Part shown: positions 1 to 11,599 of the stretch, in pieces
Position numbering within the stretch: the stretch's first letter is position 1
Layout: every line of letters starts with the position of its first letter
From: Octopus sinensis
Lineage: Eukaryota
DNA length: 64,000 nt
Reading direction: 5' to 3'
Assembly: GCF_006345805.1 (NCBI RefSeq)
Contig: NC_043003.1
Coordinates: 92,938,001-93,002,000 of the forward strand
Notes under the pieces: model-generated
Databases searched by the model: none
The model's input: the letters and a program-made list of their open reading frames with translations, nothing else
Told to the model about the DNA's origin: nothing
Translations under genes and position numbers: made by a program

Positions 1-144
1 ATACATTCACATATTGTTGGTGCACTGGGATATCATACTATAGGTTTCAGTAACAATTTCGAAAAGCTGGGGATATTTAATCAAATACAATCTGTCAGAG
101 GAACAGTTAAAATACACGAGACTTTTCTAAGGTACATCGTGTAA
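1..144 (+). mobile_element. 3' end of ORF of a restriction-endonuclease-like (R2/R4/NeSL/CRE-type) non-LTR retrotransposon, cut by window start
   Basis: Frame 1 reads IHSHIVGALGYHTIGFSNNFEKLGIFNQIQSVRGTVKIHETFLRYIV*, matching the IVGALG...GTVKI.KTFL C-terminal pattern of REL-domain LINEs. Confidence 0.6.
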
Positions 145-299
145 ACAACTCATTTTTGTATCCGAATTTCGGCAATAGTGCTACGTTTCTTTGTCAGAAA
201 TCTGCTCCTTCGCTATGGAAAAAATTCAAACAATGAAAAAAGATTACGTGCATATATTTATATATATTTATAATAGTCCTTTTAGGGGTTTCTCATATA

Positions 300-520
300 C
301 TGCTCTATTGATGTTGCTTAACCCAGGGTCATCAGAGCTGGCTATGCAAACCAATGATCAAAGGCATCCCTCCATGGCCATCTTGTCTCTTTTTAAAATA
401 GCATATCGTGGATTACCTTATTGGAAGAGTCGTTTACTTTTTCATTTAAGACGGTAGTAGGTAACTTGATAAAGATTTGGCTGCTATTTCTAGAGGGTCA
501 AGGGACTACATTTCTTGTTG
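300..520 (-). repeat. Interspersed (AAC)n-tailed retroposon remnant (CTAGAAATAGCAGC family)
   Basis: Shared motifs GATTTGGCTGCTATTTCTAG and TTAACCC(A/T)GGG recur at about 700-930 (+), 4450-4660 (-), 8085-8200 (-), 33290-33515 (+), 34325-34575 (-) and 62040-62120 (-). Confidence 0.65.
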
Positions 521-699
521 GCTCGTATATTACCGTCGTTGTTGTTGTTGCTGTTGTTGCTATCAGCGTTATTATTGTTGTTGGCAACAGAATAGCGGTG
601 AATTAGCAGTCAGTGGAGTGCACTACTCGCTAAAGTCGTAAAGGTTGCATATTCACATTTCTTATTGTCTAAAAAAAAGTTGAAATATAAATTCTGGCT

Positions 700-930
700 C
701 CGCGACCTAGAGACTGAGCATCAACACAATCGCTTGAGTTGCTAGAAATAGGAGCTAAATTTATCTCGAGATCGCACCTTACCGACTTAGAAAAGAATAG
801 CACATCGAGTAATATGGTCCTATGTGTACTGTAGCTCGATAAGAAAACTCGATGATCGCTGTTGTAATACCTTTGAGTATAAATCTGCTTGATGAGAACA
901 AACCTGGGGTTAAACAACAACAATAACAGC
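700..930 (+). repeat. (AAC)n-tailed retroposon remnant, inverted relative to the 300-520 copy
   Basis: GCTAGAAATAGGAGCTAAAT ... CCTGGGGTTAAACAACAACAAT. Confidence 0.6.
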
Positions 931-2769
931 AGCAGCAGCAGTAGCAGAAGTAGCAGCAACAACAACACCTCTGGCTCCATGTCCCAAGGGTCGATTTTGA
1001 TAATCATAACCAAATTTCTTTGCTAGAAATAACAACCCAAAGGCTAAAATTTCGGTAGTCTATCTCTTCCGTGGCAAAAATGGGTTAATCCCTACAAAAG
1101 AAAAGAACGAACGAACGAACGAATTAACGAACGAATGAATTAATGAATGAATGAAAGGAAGGAATACACTCACACACATAGGTTACTAGCATGTGTAGCT
1201 ACCTAGCTAGCTTGCTATCTATTTAGCTATTTATTTGGTTTGCTAGCTAGCCGCCTCCTGGTCCGCATCTGACGATGTATAAATATTACAACAGCCTGTA
1301 CGCTTCAGCTGATGTGATAGAGAACAACAGTAAACACACAGAATAAAACCGACTTGCCAGTCGAACGGCCATGTACCCCGCCACCTCACATCATCCATTG
1401 GTTTGTTCTCCTTGCATCCTCTCTAGCTATCCATTTATCATCTATCGACCATTTCTAAAGAATTGGCTCGCCACCAACACATGGGGATGTAATAATATAT
1501 TCGCGTGTAGCAGTAGACGTAGGTAAGTTCCGTTTTTTTAAACTGCCCTGTTCCTTTTCCCCTCTCTCTCTAAATGATGTTTTGACATTTCGCTTTTTAT
1601 ATACATTTGTAGTCATTAATGTACAGCCACACACGCACGCACATACACGCGCACACACACACATGCATGCACTCACACACGCATACACACGCACGCATGC
1701 AAGCACGCATGATGAAATATTCTAGTGTACATAATATTAACCCTTTTTTTTTTATTTTGTTGCTTTGTAATATGATGTCCTTCGGTGCCCTTATTGCAAA
1801 TAAACCTACCATCATCATCATCATCATCATCATCGTCGTCGTCGTCGTCGTCGTCAATATCATTGTTGTCATTAGTAGTATATATATATATACACACACT
1901 CATAAATATAAAATATGTATTACAGACAGACAGACAGATAGATAGATAAAGTATGTGTGTGTGTATATCTACTGATATTGCTAGTATTGATATGTTTATA
2001 TGTGAGTGCTTATATTTGTATATACTCTTACACGTCCCTACTCTACACTTCATCTATGTATGTTTAATTCTTTGATATTGAATTTCATTACAACGTTTTG
2101 CATTTCTTTCTCAAGTAAACATTTGTTGATAAATACGCTCTGTATCAAAAGCGACCGACTTGTTTGTTGTATCCCATATATAAATAAAAAATACCGAAGA
2201 GAAATAAACCTTTAAAAAAAAAAGCGATCTGAAAGTGAAAGTACATCATAAAGAGTAATTTGAAATCGTGAATTAAGGAAAGAAGAAAATGGGTTAAATC
2301 AGGAGTTTAAGCATGGAGGGAATTTGTAAATGGAAATTTATTACATGAATAAATAAAAGTAAAAAAAAAAGGAATATTGTTTTGGTGTTGTTACAGTCTA
2401 CTTCGTCATAACAATAACTAGTATTCTGTCATACGCAAATATTGCTATGACGCCCTTAAATAATACAGAGACTTTTGTGTACACATTAGTAAATGGAAAT
2501 TTCGTTTGTCGTGCTTGCAAAATAATAATGATTAATAATAATAATAAACTGTTTGCAAGCAAGTACTCATCTTGTGGGTCTTGTTACAAAGATTTTACGT
2601 CTTAACTAATAGTGCATGTTTAGTGAGTTGGAAGAAAGGAAAGAAGTAGTTGAAAGAAGATTTGATTGTCTGCTTAATTTCAGCAATTTCACGAAGCAGA
2701 GTGCATTTACTTGACGTTTCGAATGTCTGATAAAGATAAAGACGTTTGACTATAGACAACGTATCAAAT

Positions 2770-2771
<2 letters not shown>

Positions 2772-2835
<64 letters not shown>

Positions 2836-2877
2836 CACACACACACACGCACACACACACATATGTGCATGTACACA

Positions 2878-2969
<92 letters not shown>

Positions 2970-3270
2970 CGCATATATATATATATAATATATATATAGA
3001 TATATATATATGTAATTTATATGTATGTGCACACACTTATATATGTATATATATATATGCATGTGTGTATACATACATAATGCACACGCACACACACTTA
3101 TATATATCACGTTTCGTGACGTCCTGTTCCCATATTGCATATATATATTATTTATATATATATATAATATATATATATATACGTGTACATGTATGTACAT
3201 ATAGTATGTATATATGCATATATATATGTCATTTGTATTATTATAATTATATATATATATATATATATAT

Positions 3271-3306
<36 letters not shown>

Positions 3307-3345
3307 TATATTTATATTCATATTTACACCACCCCACACACACAC
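2772..3345. repeat. Compound (CA)n/(TA)n/(TG)n microsatellite field
   Basis: Directly visible. Similar fields at 3715-3850, 4740-5030, 5290-5450, 5900-6100, 27480-27575, 37660-37760 and 39600-39810. Confidence 0.95.
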
Positions 3346-3782
3346 ACAAGAACAAAACTGAAGTAAGAGGAGTAACTCAAGGCAAAATAGTGATGTCCCT
3401 GTCGCTAAAATTCAACTATTTACCCGTATTTTTTCTTTTTATCTCATATTCACCAGATCAGTGCTTCATATGTGCCTCATATTCACCAGATCAGTCCTTA
3501 ACAACCACGTCCAGGTATTGTGGGAGTAGGTTAGGAACAAGCGGCACTGCCCTAATCGGCAACACTGCGAAAATTCCTTAGTTTGGACAGCTGACGGAAA
3601 AGAACATATCCCTTGTGTCCTGTCTTCTGTTTTTTCTTTTTGCTTGGAGCTTTTTTCTTCCACTTATATAGCGACGAATATAACTCCTTATCCCAATATA
3701 CATATACAAATACATACACACACACATACATACATACATACATACATACATACATACATACGTATATATATATATATATATA

Positions 3783-3845
<63 letters not shown>

Positions 3846-4963
3846 CAGACATACATGCACACAAACATAGATAGATAGATTGATTGATTCTAGTTTCAGC
3901 TCATGAGCCAGATAAATATTTTGTTATTAATTAGCGTTGTAATTACAATTGTTTTTCCCCAGTTCTTTGCATTGTTGAATTAAGTTTAATGCTCTATTTA
4001 GCCTAATCATTTAATAATTCAGTGTGAATGCATGAGATTATTTTGAATTCATTATTATTACTGTCGTTAATTTCGAGTTGTTGTTTTCCAAGTTAGAAAT
4101 TAAAAGAAAAAAAAATGATCTTAGACACCAAAATAGTAATAATACAAATAATAATAATAATTGTTTGTTCAAGGCTCACCACTATGAATAGCACATTTTC
4201 GTTGCCAGTGAAAAAATACCACCCTTAAAAAAAAAAAAATAAACGAAAAATATTTTGCCGGTCGCCGAACGAAATCATAACGTGCTGCTGATAACGAAAA
4301 TGAAAGTAGAGATTCATCGTAAGGGTCGCCATGTTATTGTACTCCAGCACTGTTGATTCAAGACGACTGCGATTTCGGTTGTTTATAATACACATGTTCA
4401 TTTATTTTTCCAACGCCTGTTCGTCGTTACTGCTATTGCTATTGCTGATCTTGTTATTATTGTTTAATCCTAGGTTAACCCTGATCGAGCAAACATGAGC
4501 AATAGTATCACCCCATCCTATAAATGCCCCTTTATTTTTTTCCCCATGTAAAGGAAACCCAGAAGTACATTATGCACCGTGTTCTTTCCTAAGGCAGTGA
4601 GGCTTGATTGGAAGGGGAATTGACTACTATTCCTAGTTTTTCAAAGGGGCATATAGAAACTTCGTCGCTGGCTCGTTTCGTATAAAGTAAAACGCATTAG
4701 TGCATACAAATCTTACACAGTAATTTCCATTATGCATCCTATATATATATATATATATAATATATATTATATATATATGTGTGTGTGTGTTGTGTATATA
4801 CACATACATACATACATACGTATATATATATATATATATATTATATTATATATATATATATATATATTATAATATATATATATATAGATAGATAGATAGA
4901 TAGATAGATAGATGGACTTATATATATACGTAAATACACACACACACACATATATATAATATA

Positions 4964-5025
<62 letters not shown>

Positions 5026-5032
5026 ACGTATA

Positions 5033-5250
5033 TCTCTTTTATCTTTTACCTTTTACTTGTTTCAGTCACTGGACTACGGCCATGCTCCACCCCCAAAGGT
5101 TTAGTCGAATAAATCGACACCGTTACTTATTTTTCAAGTCGGGTACTAATTTTATCGCTCTCCTTTGCCGAACCGCTAAGGTACAGGAACGTAAGCAAAC
5201 CAACACCGGCCTTCAAGCGGTTGTAGGGAACAAAACAATACAAGCATTAA
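5033..5250 (-). mobile_element. tRNA-derived SINE family B, 3' half
   Basis: CTTTTACTTGTTTCAGTCA...GCCGAACCGCTAAG tail motif shared with the full copy at 28923-29341. Confidence 0.8.
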
Positions 5251-5370
5251 AACATATACGCATAGATATATGTTTAAATACATAACACACACACCACCAC
5301 CCTCACCATACACTCACATACACATAGGCACACACACACACACGTAGGCACCACACACACACACACACAC

Positions 5371-5455
<85 letters not shown>

Positions 5456-5705
5456 GTACTGTTCCGTGATGGTAAGATCAACAAAATAGTACTCTATCTA
5501 GCGAGGGATAAATATTATTTAATAAACACAATATACATATATATGAACTACAATTAGTTTCATGCGATGAAACAACTCAAACAGCACTTTTTTAACACGT
5601 CTGGTGTCTTGACTCAATCCTCGGGCTGAGGACGCGTTAAAAAATGCACCAGATGTGTTTAAAATTGCTGTCTGAGATGTTTTCATAACTTGAAACAAAT
5701 TGTAG

Positions 5706-5744
<39 letters not shown>

Positions 5745-5746
<2 letters not shown>

Positions 5747-5903
5747 CCGGGTTGAGTCGGGGTTAGCCACAGTAAATAAGGTACTCAATACATAGCAGAG
5801 TAAATTAATTTATTTTATAGAAGGAGCTTCTACAGGACTAGAACTGTTTCATTCAAATGAAATCATCAGAAACAGTTCTAGTCCTGTAGAAGCTCCTTCT
5901 ATA
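5745..5903 (-). mobile_element. Penelope-like terminal fragment with a 35-bp perfect inverted duplication; hammerhead core in the hairpin
   Basis: Arms 5816-5850 and 5869-5903. The minus strand reads CTGATGA-TTTCATTTGAAT-GAAAC-AGTTCTA-GTC. Confidence 0.6.
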
Positions 5904-5934
5904 TATATATAATATATTATATATTATATATATA

Positions 5935-6036
<102 letters not shown>

Positions 6037-6043
6037 TAGATAG

Positions 6044-6075
<32 letters not shown>

Positions 6076-6100
6076 GATAGATAGATAGATAGATAGAAGA

Positions 6101-7272
6101 TATCAGCAGGCTGAGTTAAAAGTAAGCAACGTTTTGAAACATGAAATTCATGACACTATATTTCAACAATGCGGAAATTTTATTCATCAAAGTAAGTACC
6201 ATTGCATTCAACACATTTTTGTCAACGAATTACAAGTTTTCTATTCCGGTAACAAAGAAATCTGAGAGTTCTGGAGCTGATGAACTCTTTAAACGCACTT
6301 TCAGTTTCCGTTTGATTTTTGAACTTCTCTCGCAGGAAACCATCAGGGTGCTTGAAAAAGTGGTAGTCCGTAGGAGAAAGGTCTGGGGAATAAACTGGGT
6401 CGGGAAGAACTTCATAGCTAAGTTCCCTCAACTTCTGGAGCGTCATTACTGAAACGTGTGGTCGAGTATCGTCATGAAGAATGATTGGTCCTCTTCTGCT
6501 GACTAGTCTGGGACCGAGAAATAGCAGTTTTTCGTTCATTTTGGCAATTTAATGGCAATGTTGCTGCAGTAATGGTTTTTCCGGATTTTAAGAAGTTATA
6601 GTGGATAAGTCCAACAGTACACCATCAAATGTTTTTTTTTTTTTTATTGTACATAATCCACTTTTCATCGCAAGTTATAATACGGTCGAGAAATGGATCG
6701 GTCTGGTTACAGAGAAAAGCGACGAGCAAATTTTATATCTGCGCATTTTCTAATTTTCATTCAAATCGTGTAGTACCCATTTGTCGAGGTTTTTTTGATT
6801 TTCCGATCGGCAGTTTTCTGGCTAACTAGAAGTTCTTTTGCCAGTTCTCGAGTGGTTCTATGTGGACCAGTCTCAATGACGGTCTCTAATTGACCGTCCT
6901 CGATAGCAGATGGATGTCCGCTATGCTCACGATTTTCAAGGCTCAGGTCTCCATTTTTGAGTTGACCACTCACTGGTTATTTCCTCGCCAGATGTTTCGT
7001 TGATATCGCGAGCAGTTTCAGCAGCTTTACGTCCTTTTTAGAAGTTGAATAGCAAAATTGCTCGTATATCGCGCTTCGACAGTTTCATTTCAGATGATTG
7101 TAACAAAGATGAAAAAAATATCAAAGTTAATTTATTGATGCATTTGGGAAAGTTTATGTCTGTATTATCAGACAATTGCAAAAAAATGTTTTTTAAAATG
7201 TCTAACTCAGCAAAAACGCGGTGCAAATTCTTCATGGTTCAAAACGTTGCTTACTTTTTACTCAACTTGATA
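6101..7272 (-). mobile_element. Decayed mariner (DD34D) DNA transposon
   Basis: About 40-bp TIRs (TATCA...AAAAGTAAGCAACGTTTTGAA) at both ends with TA flanks. Frameshifted transposase includes HDDTRPH...YSPDLSPTDY, with 34 residues between the 2nd and 3rd catalytic D. Confidence 0.92.
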
Positions 7273-7379
7273 TATATTATTGTGTTTATTAAATCGTATA
7301 TATATTATAAATAATATATAAATATATGCATATATGCATACATATATGTACATACCTACATATATATGTATATATACAT

Positions 7380-7830
7380 GCATATATGGATACAGGACAT
7401 AAAAAACGTGGAATGGAATGAGAAACGAAAACATAAAAACAAAAACATAGAAACGAACTTTTTTTCAAACAACGAAAAAAACAGAGTACAAGACATACAA
7501 CACAAGGAATATTCCCCTTCTTCAGTTGTCCCTGTTTCATCTACTCCGCGTTACGAAAGTAAGGACAAGACGCGACGTCGTTGAAACAGTCCTTCCCGCA
7601 AAGCAAATTAAATAAACTTTGGGAGTTTTTGCGGAGTAAAAGACAGCACAATGAGAACAAAACAGTAAAAAAACGATGAGGGCTGTTAAGCCAAGACGAT
7701 GGAAAAATTATTGAGAACGCTTAAGAAGACAGCTTATGAAAGAGATAGGATAAGCTGGTCTGGTCTTGGTGAAGATAGCAGTTGAAAAGATGGCTTCCCT
7801 CTGATCGCGTATCAATGACAAGAGAGTCGA
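7380..7830 (-). mobile_element. Probable Penelope-like element 3' remnant
   Basis: Minus-strand IRDQREAIF...KTRPAY resembles a GIY-YIG C-terminal segment, followed by a CpG-rich non-coding tail ending in microsatellite. Family call is from memory. Confidence 0.4.
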
Positions 7831-8322
7831 GGAGGAGGAGGAGGAGGAGGAGGAGGAGTAAGAGAGTGGGAACGGTGAAGGGGAGTGAAGAAGAATAGGG
7901 AAGGGTGGGAGAGAAAACCAGAAAGGATGAAGAATAAGAGAGGGGAGAGATAGACAGAGAAGAAATAGTAAAGGAGAAAAGTGCACATCATAATTATTAA
8001 GATAAAACTTATTTGGAAAAGGATGCGTGACTTTCGCGATGCTGTGTCTCTTCATTCACCACTTTGGGGGGTTAATAATCTTAATCTTTACTTACAGTTT
8101 CAAACTACGTAATAAGCAGAATTGTCGGATTAAGACAGTAGGGTGTTTTGAGGGAGATTTGGCTGGTATTTCTACCAGGTCTACCTACCATGTAGAGGTC
8201 TGAACTTAATTTTCATTCACATATTTGCATTTCAAAAATTTAACATAATCTTTTCCATAAATCAACTGTCGTAACTCTATCTCTCTTTCTCACCCTCCTT
8301 CTCTCTCACATACACACGCGCA

Positions 8323-8358
<36 letters not shown>

Positions 8359-8439
8359 ACACACACATACACACACACACATACATACACACACACACAC
8401 GTCCATTTCATATATCTTCTTTCAATTTCTGCTCTCTGC

Positions 8440-8643
8440 AAATAAAATTTTTTACAGATACCATTGCTTACAAAATAGGGATTAATGTATAATTTCTTTC
8501 TATGTTCATAATCAAATCAATGTTTTAATGATTAGACAGAGCTCCAATAGAATAGCTCTCAGAAACAGACTACGTACAAATACGTCAATCATCACGACCA
8601 CATCATCCAAACAGACCGGGTGAAACCGGGCTTAGCTGCTAGC
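8440..8643 (+). mobile_element. Probable Helitron 3' terminal fragment
   Basis: Ends in CCGGGTGAAACCGGG ... CTGCTAG, the subterminal GC hairpin plus CTAG terminus typical of Helitron 3' ends. Confidence 0.5.
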
Positions 8644-8663
8644 ATATATATATATATATATAT

Positions 8664-9427
8664 ATTTCAACAATTGAGGGTAAAATTAATTAATTAATTA
8701 ATCAATTTCACCAAGTATTCAGTATGCAAAGGGACCATAAGGCGAATTCAAATTATTACATTATATAAAAGGGCTTAGTAAAATAAATTACTTTGCCGCA
8801 TACTGAACTCGTTAGAAATAGCAGCTAAAAAAACTTTTTATAAAACTATTTCTAACACTTAAAGAAAACCTCTCTCATATAGTGTTTGCTCAATTCAACT
8901 CAAGAAAGTATGTGGGTAGAGACATTAAAAAATCAAATGCAAAGGTTATTTGAGTACGTACGTTTCAAGATTAGTCAAAATCGACCCTTCTCTCATCAGC
9001 TCAGAATGCCCTTGTTTGAATTTGAAAACACTGAAAATGGGAGCATACCCTTTCGGCTTGTTATCGCTTCTGAAGATCTGCTCCAAACTAACAGTGCCAA
9101 CAAACTCAAATATGCAAGCGAAGAATTTCTGCTCTCCCCTTTCCACCAGCGTGGGTTAAAATCAGCAAACACTATGTTTTTTTCGGTAAAATCCGAGACA
9201 TTAAGTAGAGAGAGATGAATTATAATTTCAACAATTGAGGGTAAAATTAATTAATTAATTAATCAATTTCACCAAGTATTCAGTATGCAAAGGGACCATA
9301 AGGCGAATTCAAATTATTACATTATATAAAAGGGCTTAGTAAAATAAATTACTTTGCCGCATACTGAACTCGTTAGAAATAGCAGCTAAAAAAACTTTTT
9401 ATAAAACTATTTCTAACACTTAAAGAA
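8664..9427 (-). mobile_element. Non-coding Penelope/retrozyme-like element in partial tandem (561-bp unit, 1.36 copies)
   Basis: 203-bp identical direct repeats at 8664-8866 and 9225-9427 flank a unique segment containing a hammerhead motif. Confidence 0.75.
8949..9006 (-). ncRNA. Type I hammerhead ribozyme motif
   Basis: UGAG-CUGAUGA-GAGAAGGGUCGAUUUUGACUAAUCUU-GAAAC-GUAC-GUA^CUCA. Stem I UGAG/CUCA; stem II GAGA/UCUU plus GGUC/GACU; palindromic stem III ACGUACGU. Predicted cut between 8955 and 8954. Confidence 0.8.
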
Positions 9428-9515
9428 TATATATATATATACACACACACGACGGAACAAGGTTTTTGTTGGCTCAGTGTTATTTATTTGTATATGTATG
9501 TATGTATTTATGGAG

Positions 9516-9559
<44 letters not shown>

Positions 9560-9758
9560 ATTTATGTATATATATATTTGCCACTAAATATAACTAGTGT
9601 GTTGGAACACCTGCATTGCTAGAAATAGAAGCTAAAAAGCTCTAATGCCGTAGTTAAAGCACATAATTGTATACATATGTACTGACATGTTCACACACCC
9701 TAGTCATATTTAGAAACACCTACAGATATTAGATCTCTGTAAAAGAATACAATAAAGT

Positions 9759-9856
9759 GTTCCCCTGATGATGCATTGCAGCTAAGCATCCAACTGCACT
9801 TTGAACATCCAATGCTGAGTTCCAAATAACTGTAATGGCGAAACGCATGTAGGAAC
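9759..9856 (+). ncRNA. Type I hammerhead ribozyme motif with long stem II, within a ~330-bp Penelope-like tail (about 9560-9890)
   Basis: GUUCC(C)-CUGAUGA-UGCAUUGCAG...CUGUAAUGGC-GAAAC-GCAU-GUA^GGAAC. Stem I GUUCC/GGAAC; 8-bp stem II CAUUGCAG/CUGUAAUG, with mismatches at the stem II base. Confidence 0.7.
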
Positions 9857-9916
9857 TAAATATTTATCATGGTGTTTATCTTAATTTTCCATTATATATA
9901 TATATATATATATATA

Positions 9917-10130
9917 TACTCTTTTACTCTTTTACTTGTTTCAGTCATTTGACTGCGGCCATGCTGGAGCGCCGCCTTTAGTCGAGCAAATCGACCCCGG
10001 GACTTATTCTTTGTAAGCCCAGTACTTATTCTATCGGTCTCTTTTGCCGAGCCCCTTAGTTACGGGGACGTAAACACACCAGCATCGGTTGTCAAGCAAT
10101 GTTAGGGGGACAAACACAGACACACAAACG

Positions 10131-10140
<10 letters not shown>
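9917..10140 (-). mobile_element. tRNA-derived SINE family B, 3' half
   Basis: TACTCTTTTACTCTTTTACTTGTTTCAGTCATTTGACTGCGGCCATGCTGGAGC... consensus tail. Confidence 0.85.
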
Positions 10141-10187
<47 letters not shown>

Positions 10188-10189
10188 GA

Positions 10190-10660
10190 AAAAACAAGTC
10201 AAAATAGAAAATGCTAAAATAATTTTATAAAGAACATTTCAGTACCGGTTTCGGTCATTTTGAGACCTTTTCAACTGTAACGATTAAATAATCAAATTTA
10301 GAAAAATTAGAAGAAAAGTTTTTTTAAAGGAATATTTGTATAGTGTTCAAATATAAGTGGCATTCTGCCTTTCTCTGTCTCCTTTGTTTGCACTTGTGTG
10401 TTCGAGGCAGTTGTGAATTCTTGGTAGGGTAGAAGAAGAAGAATGTTGATGAAGAGAGGGGGTGGAAAAATTTGGGAGTGCCTTGATGGTCGTATTTTGA
10501 ATGGTCAGTGGCGGCTAGCAGTTGCAGTTCAATTCAGGAGAATATTTCTATTGAAAGGTTTGTTTATGGAATTTGCGTAGGTGTTATACTAAAAAGCATT
10601 AGTGATAAAGTTAAGAGGTAAAGTGATAAAGTTAACTTTATCACTAATGCTTTTTAGTAT
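10190..10660 (-). mobile_element. Penelope-like element 3' remnant with decayed hammerhead (10240-10277) and inverted 5' end
   Basis: Minus-strand NSINKPFNRNILLN is GIY-YIG-tail-like. CAG-UUGAAAA-GGUC-UCAAAAU-GACC-GAAAC-CG-GUA^CUG. 29-bp inverted repeat at 10586-10614 / 10632-10660. Confidence 0.6.
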
Positions 10661-10809
10661 TATGACTTTAGTATTAAGTCTGCATTGTACTCTGTAAGAC
10701 TAATGAGATCTCACTACTCACTGTTTCTCAAAAGCAACGTGGTTAAGAGAGGCCGAACAGGAGAGAGATCAGTAAGACAGAAACCAGTGAGAGACGATCC
10801 AAGAGGGAG

Positions 10810-10871
<62 letters not shown>

Positions 10872-11019
10872 GAAGAAGTAACGGAAGAGAGGCAGTGATA
10901 AGAGTTACATGTTTACTAGTGAAAGAAAGACTGGGTAAATGATGGATAGTAATAGAGCTTGACGATGGTAAGAGAGAGAAGTGAAAGCCAATAATAGGTG
11001 ACATGGTCATAAGGGAGAG

Positions 11020-11328
11020 ATTGTTGTTTGTTCCTTCTCGAGCCAAGCCTGGCTCATAAGGGCCGGTTTCCCGGTTTCTTGGCGTATAGGTTCCTCACCT
11101 GGACGGGACGCCGGTCCGTCGCAGGTGAACTGCAAGATGCAGGAGGAAAGAGTGAGAGAAAGTTTTGGCGAAAAAAAAAGCAGAAGTTTCGCCATTACCT
11201 TCTGCCGGAGCTGCGTGGAGCTTAGGTGTTTCGCTCATAAACACACACACCGCCCAGTCTGAGATTCGAACCCGCGATCCCTCGACCGTGAGTCCGCTGC
11301 TCTAACCACTAGGCCATGTGCCTCCTAA
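11020..11328 (-). mobile_element. tRNA-derived SINE family C with V-domain-like core
   Basis: Head GGAGGCACATGGCCTAGTGGTTAGAGC...GGTTCGAATC has A and B boxes. Central CCTGCGACGGACCGGCGTCCCGTCCAGG resembles the V-SINE domain (recalled, not searched). Confidence 0.7.
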
Positions 11329-11599
11329 CTTATTGGGTTCTCATCAGAAGTGTCTACATCATTCTGACAGTCCCCCATAAGGGAGAAACGGCTAACGACA
11401 ACAAAAAAAAGTGATGGCAAGGTTCATCGAAAATAGTCCCTTGTTACACAGGTTTCGTGATAGGAGTAAAGTGAATTAGATCTGATGCAGTATCTCGTTA
11501 GGAGAGATGTTAAGTCTTAGATGAAAAAGTATTAAAGACAAAAGAGAATGAGAAGGAAATCCACCGAGAATATAATGGAGGGAAGCCCTATGTAGACAT

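Noticed and set aside
8886-9218. 110-aa ORF inside the direct-repeat element
   Set aside because: No recognisable motif, starts at TTG, and lies antisense to the hammerhead; treated as incidental.
11240-11328. tRNA gene-like A/B boxes here and at SINE heads
   Set aside because: No complete cloverleaf or terminator; they continue into SINE bodies.
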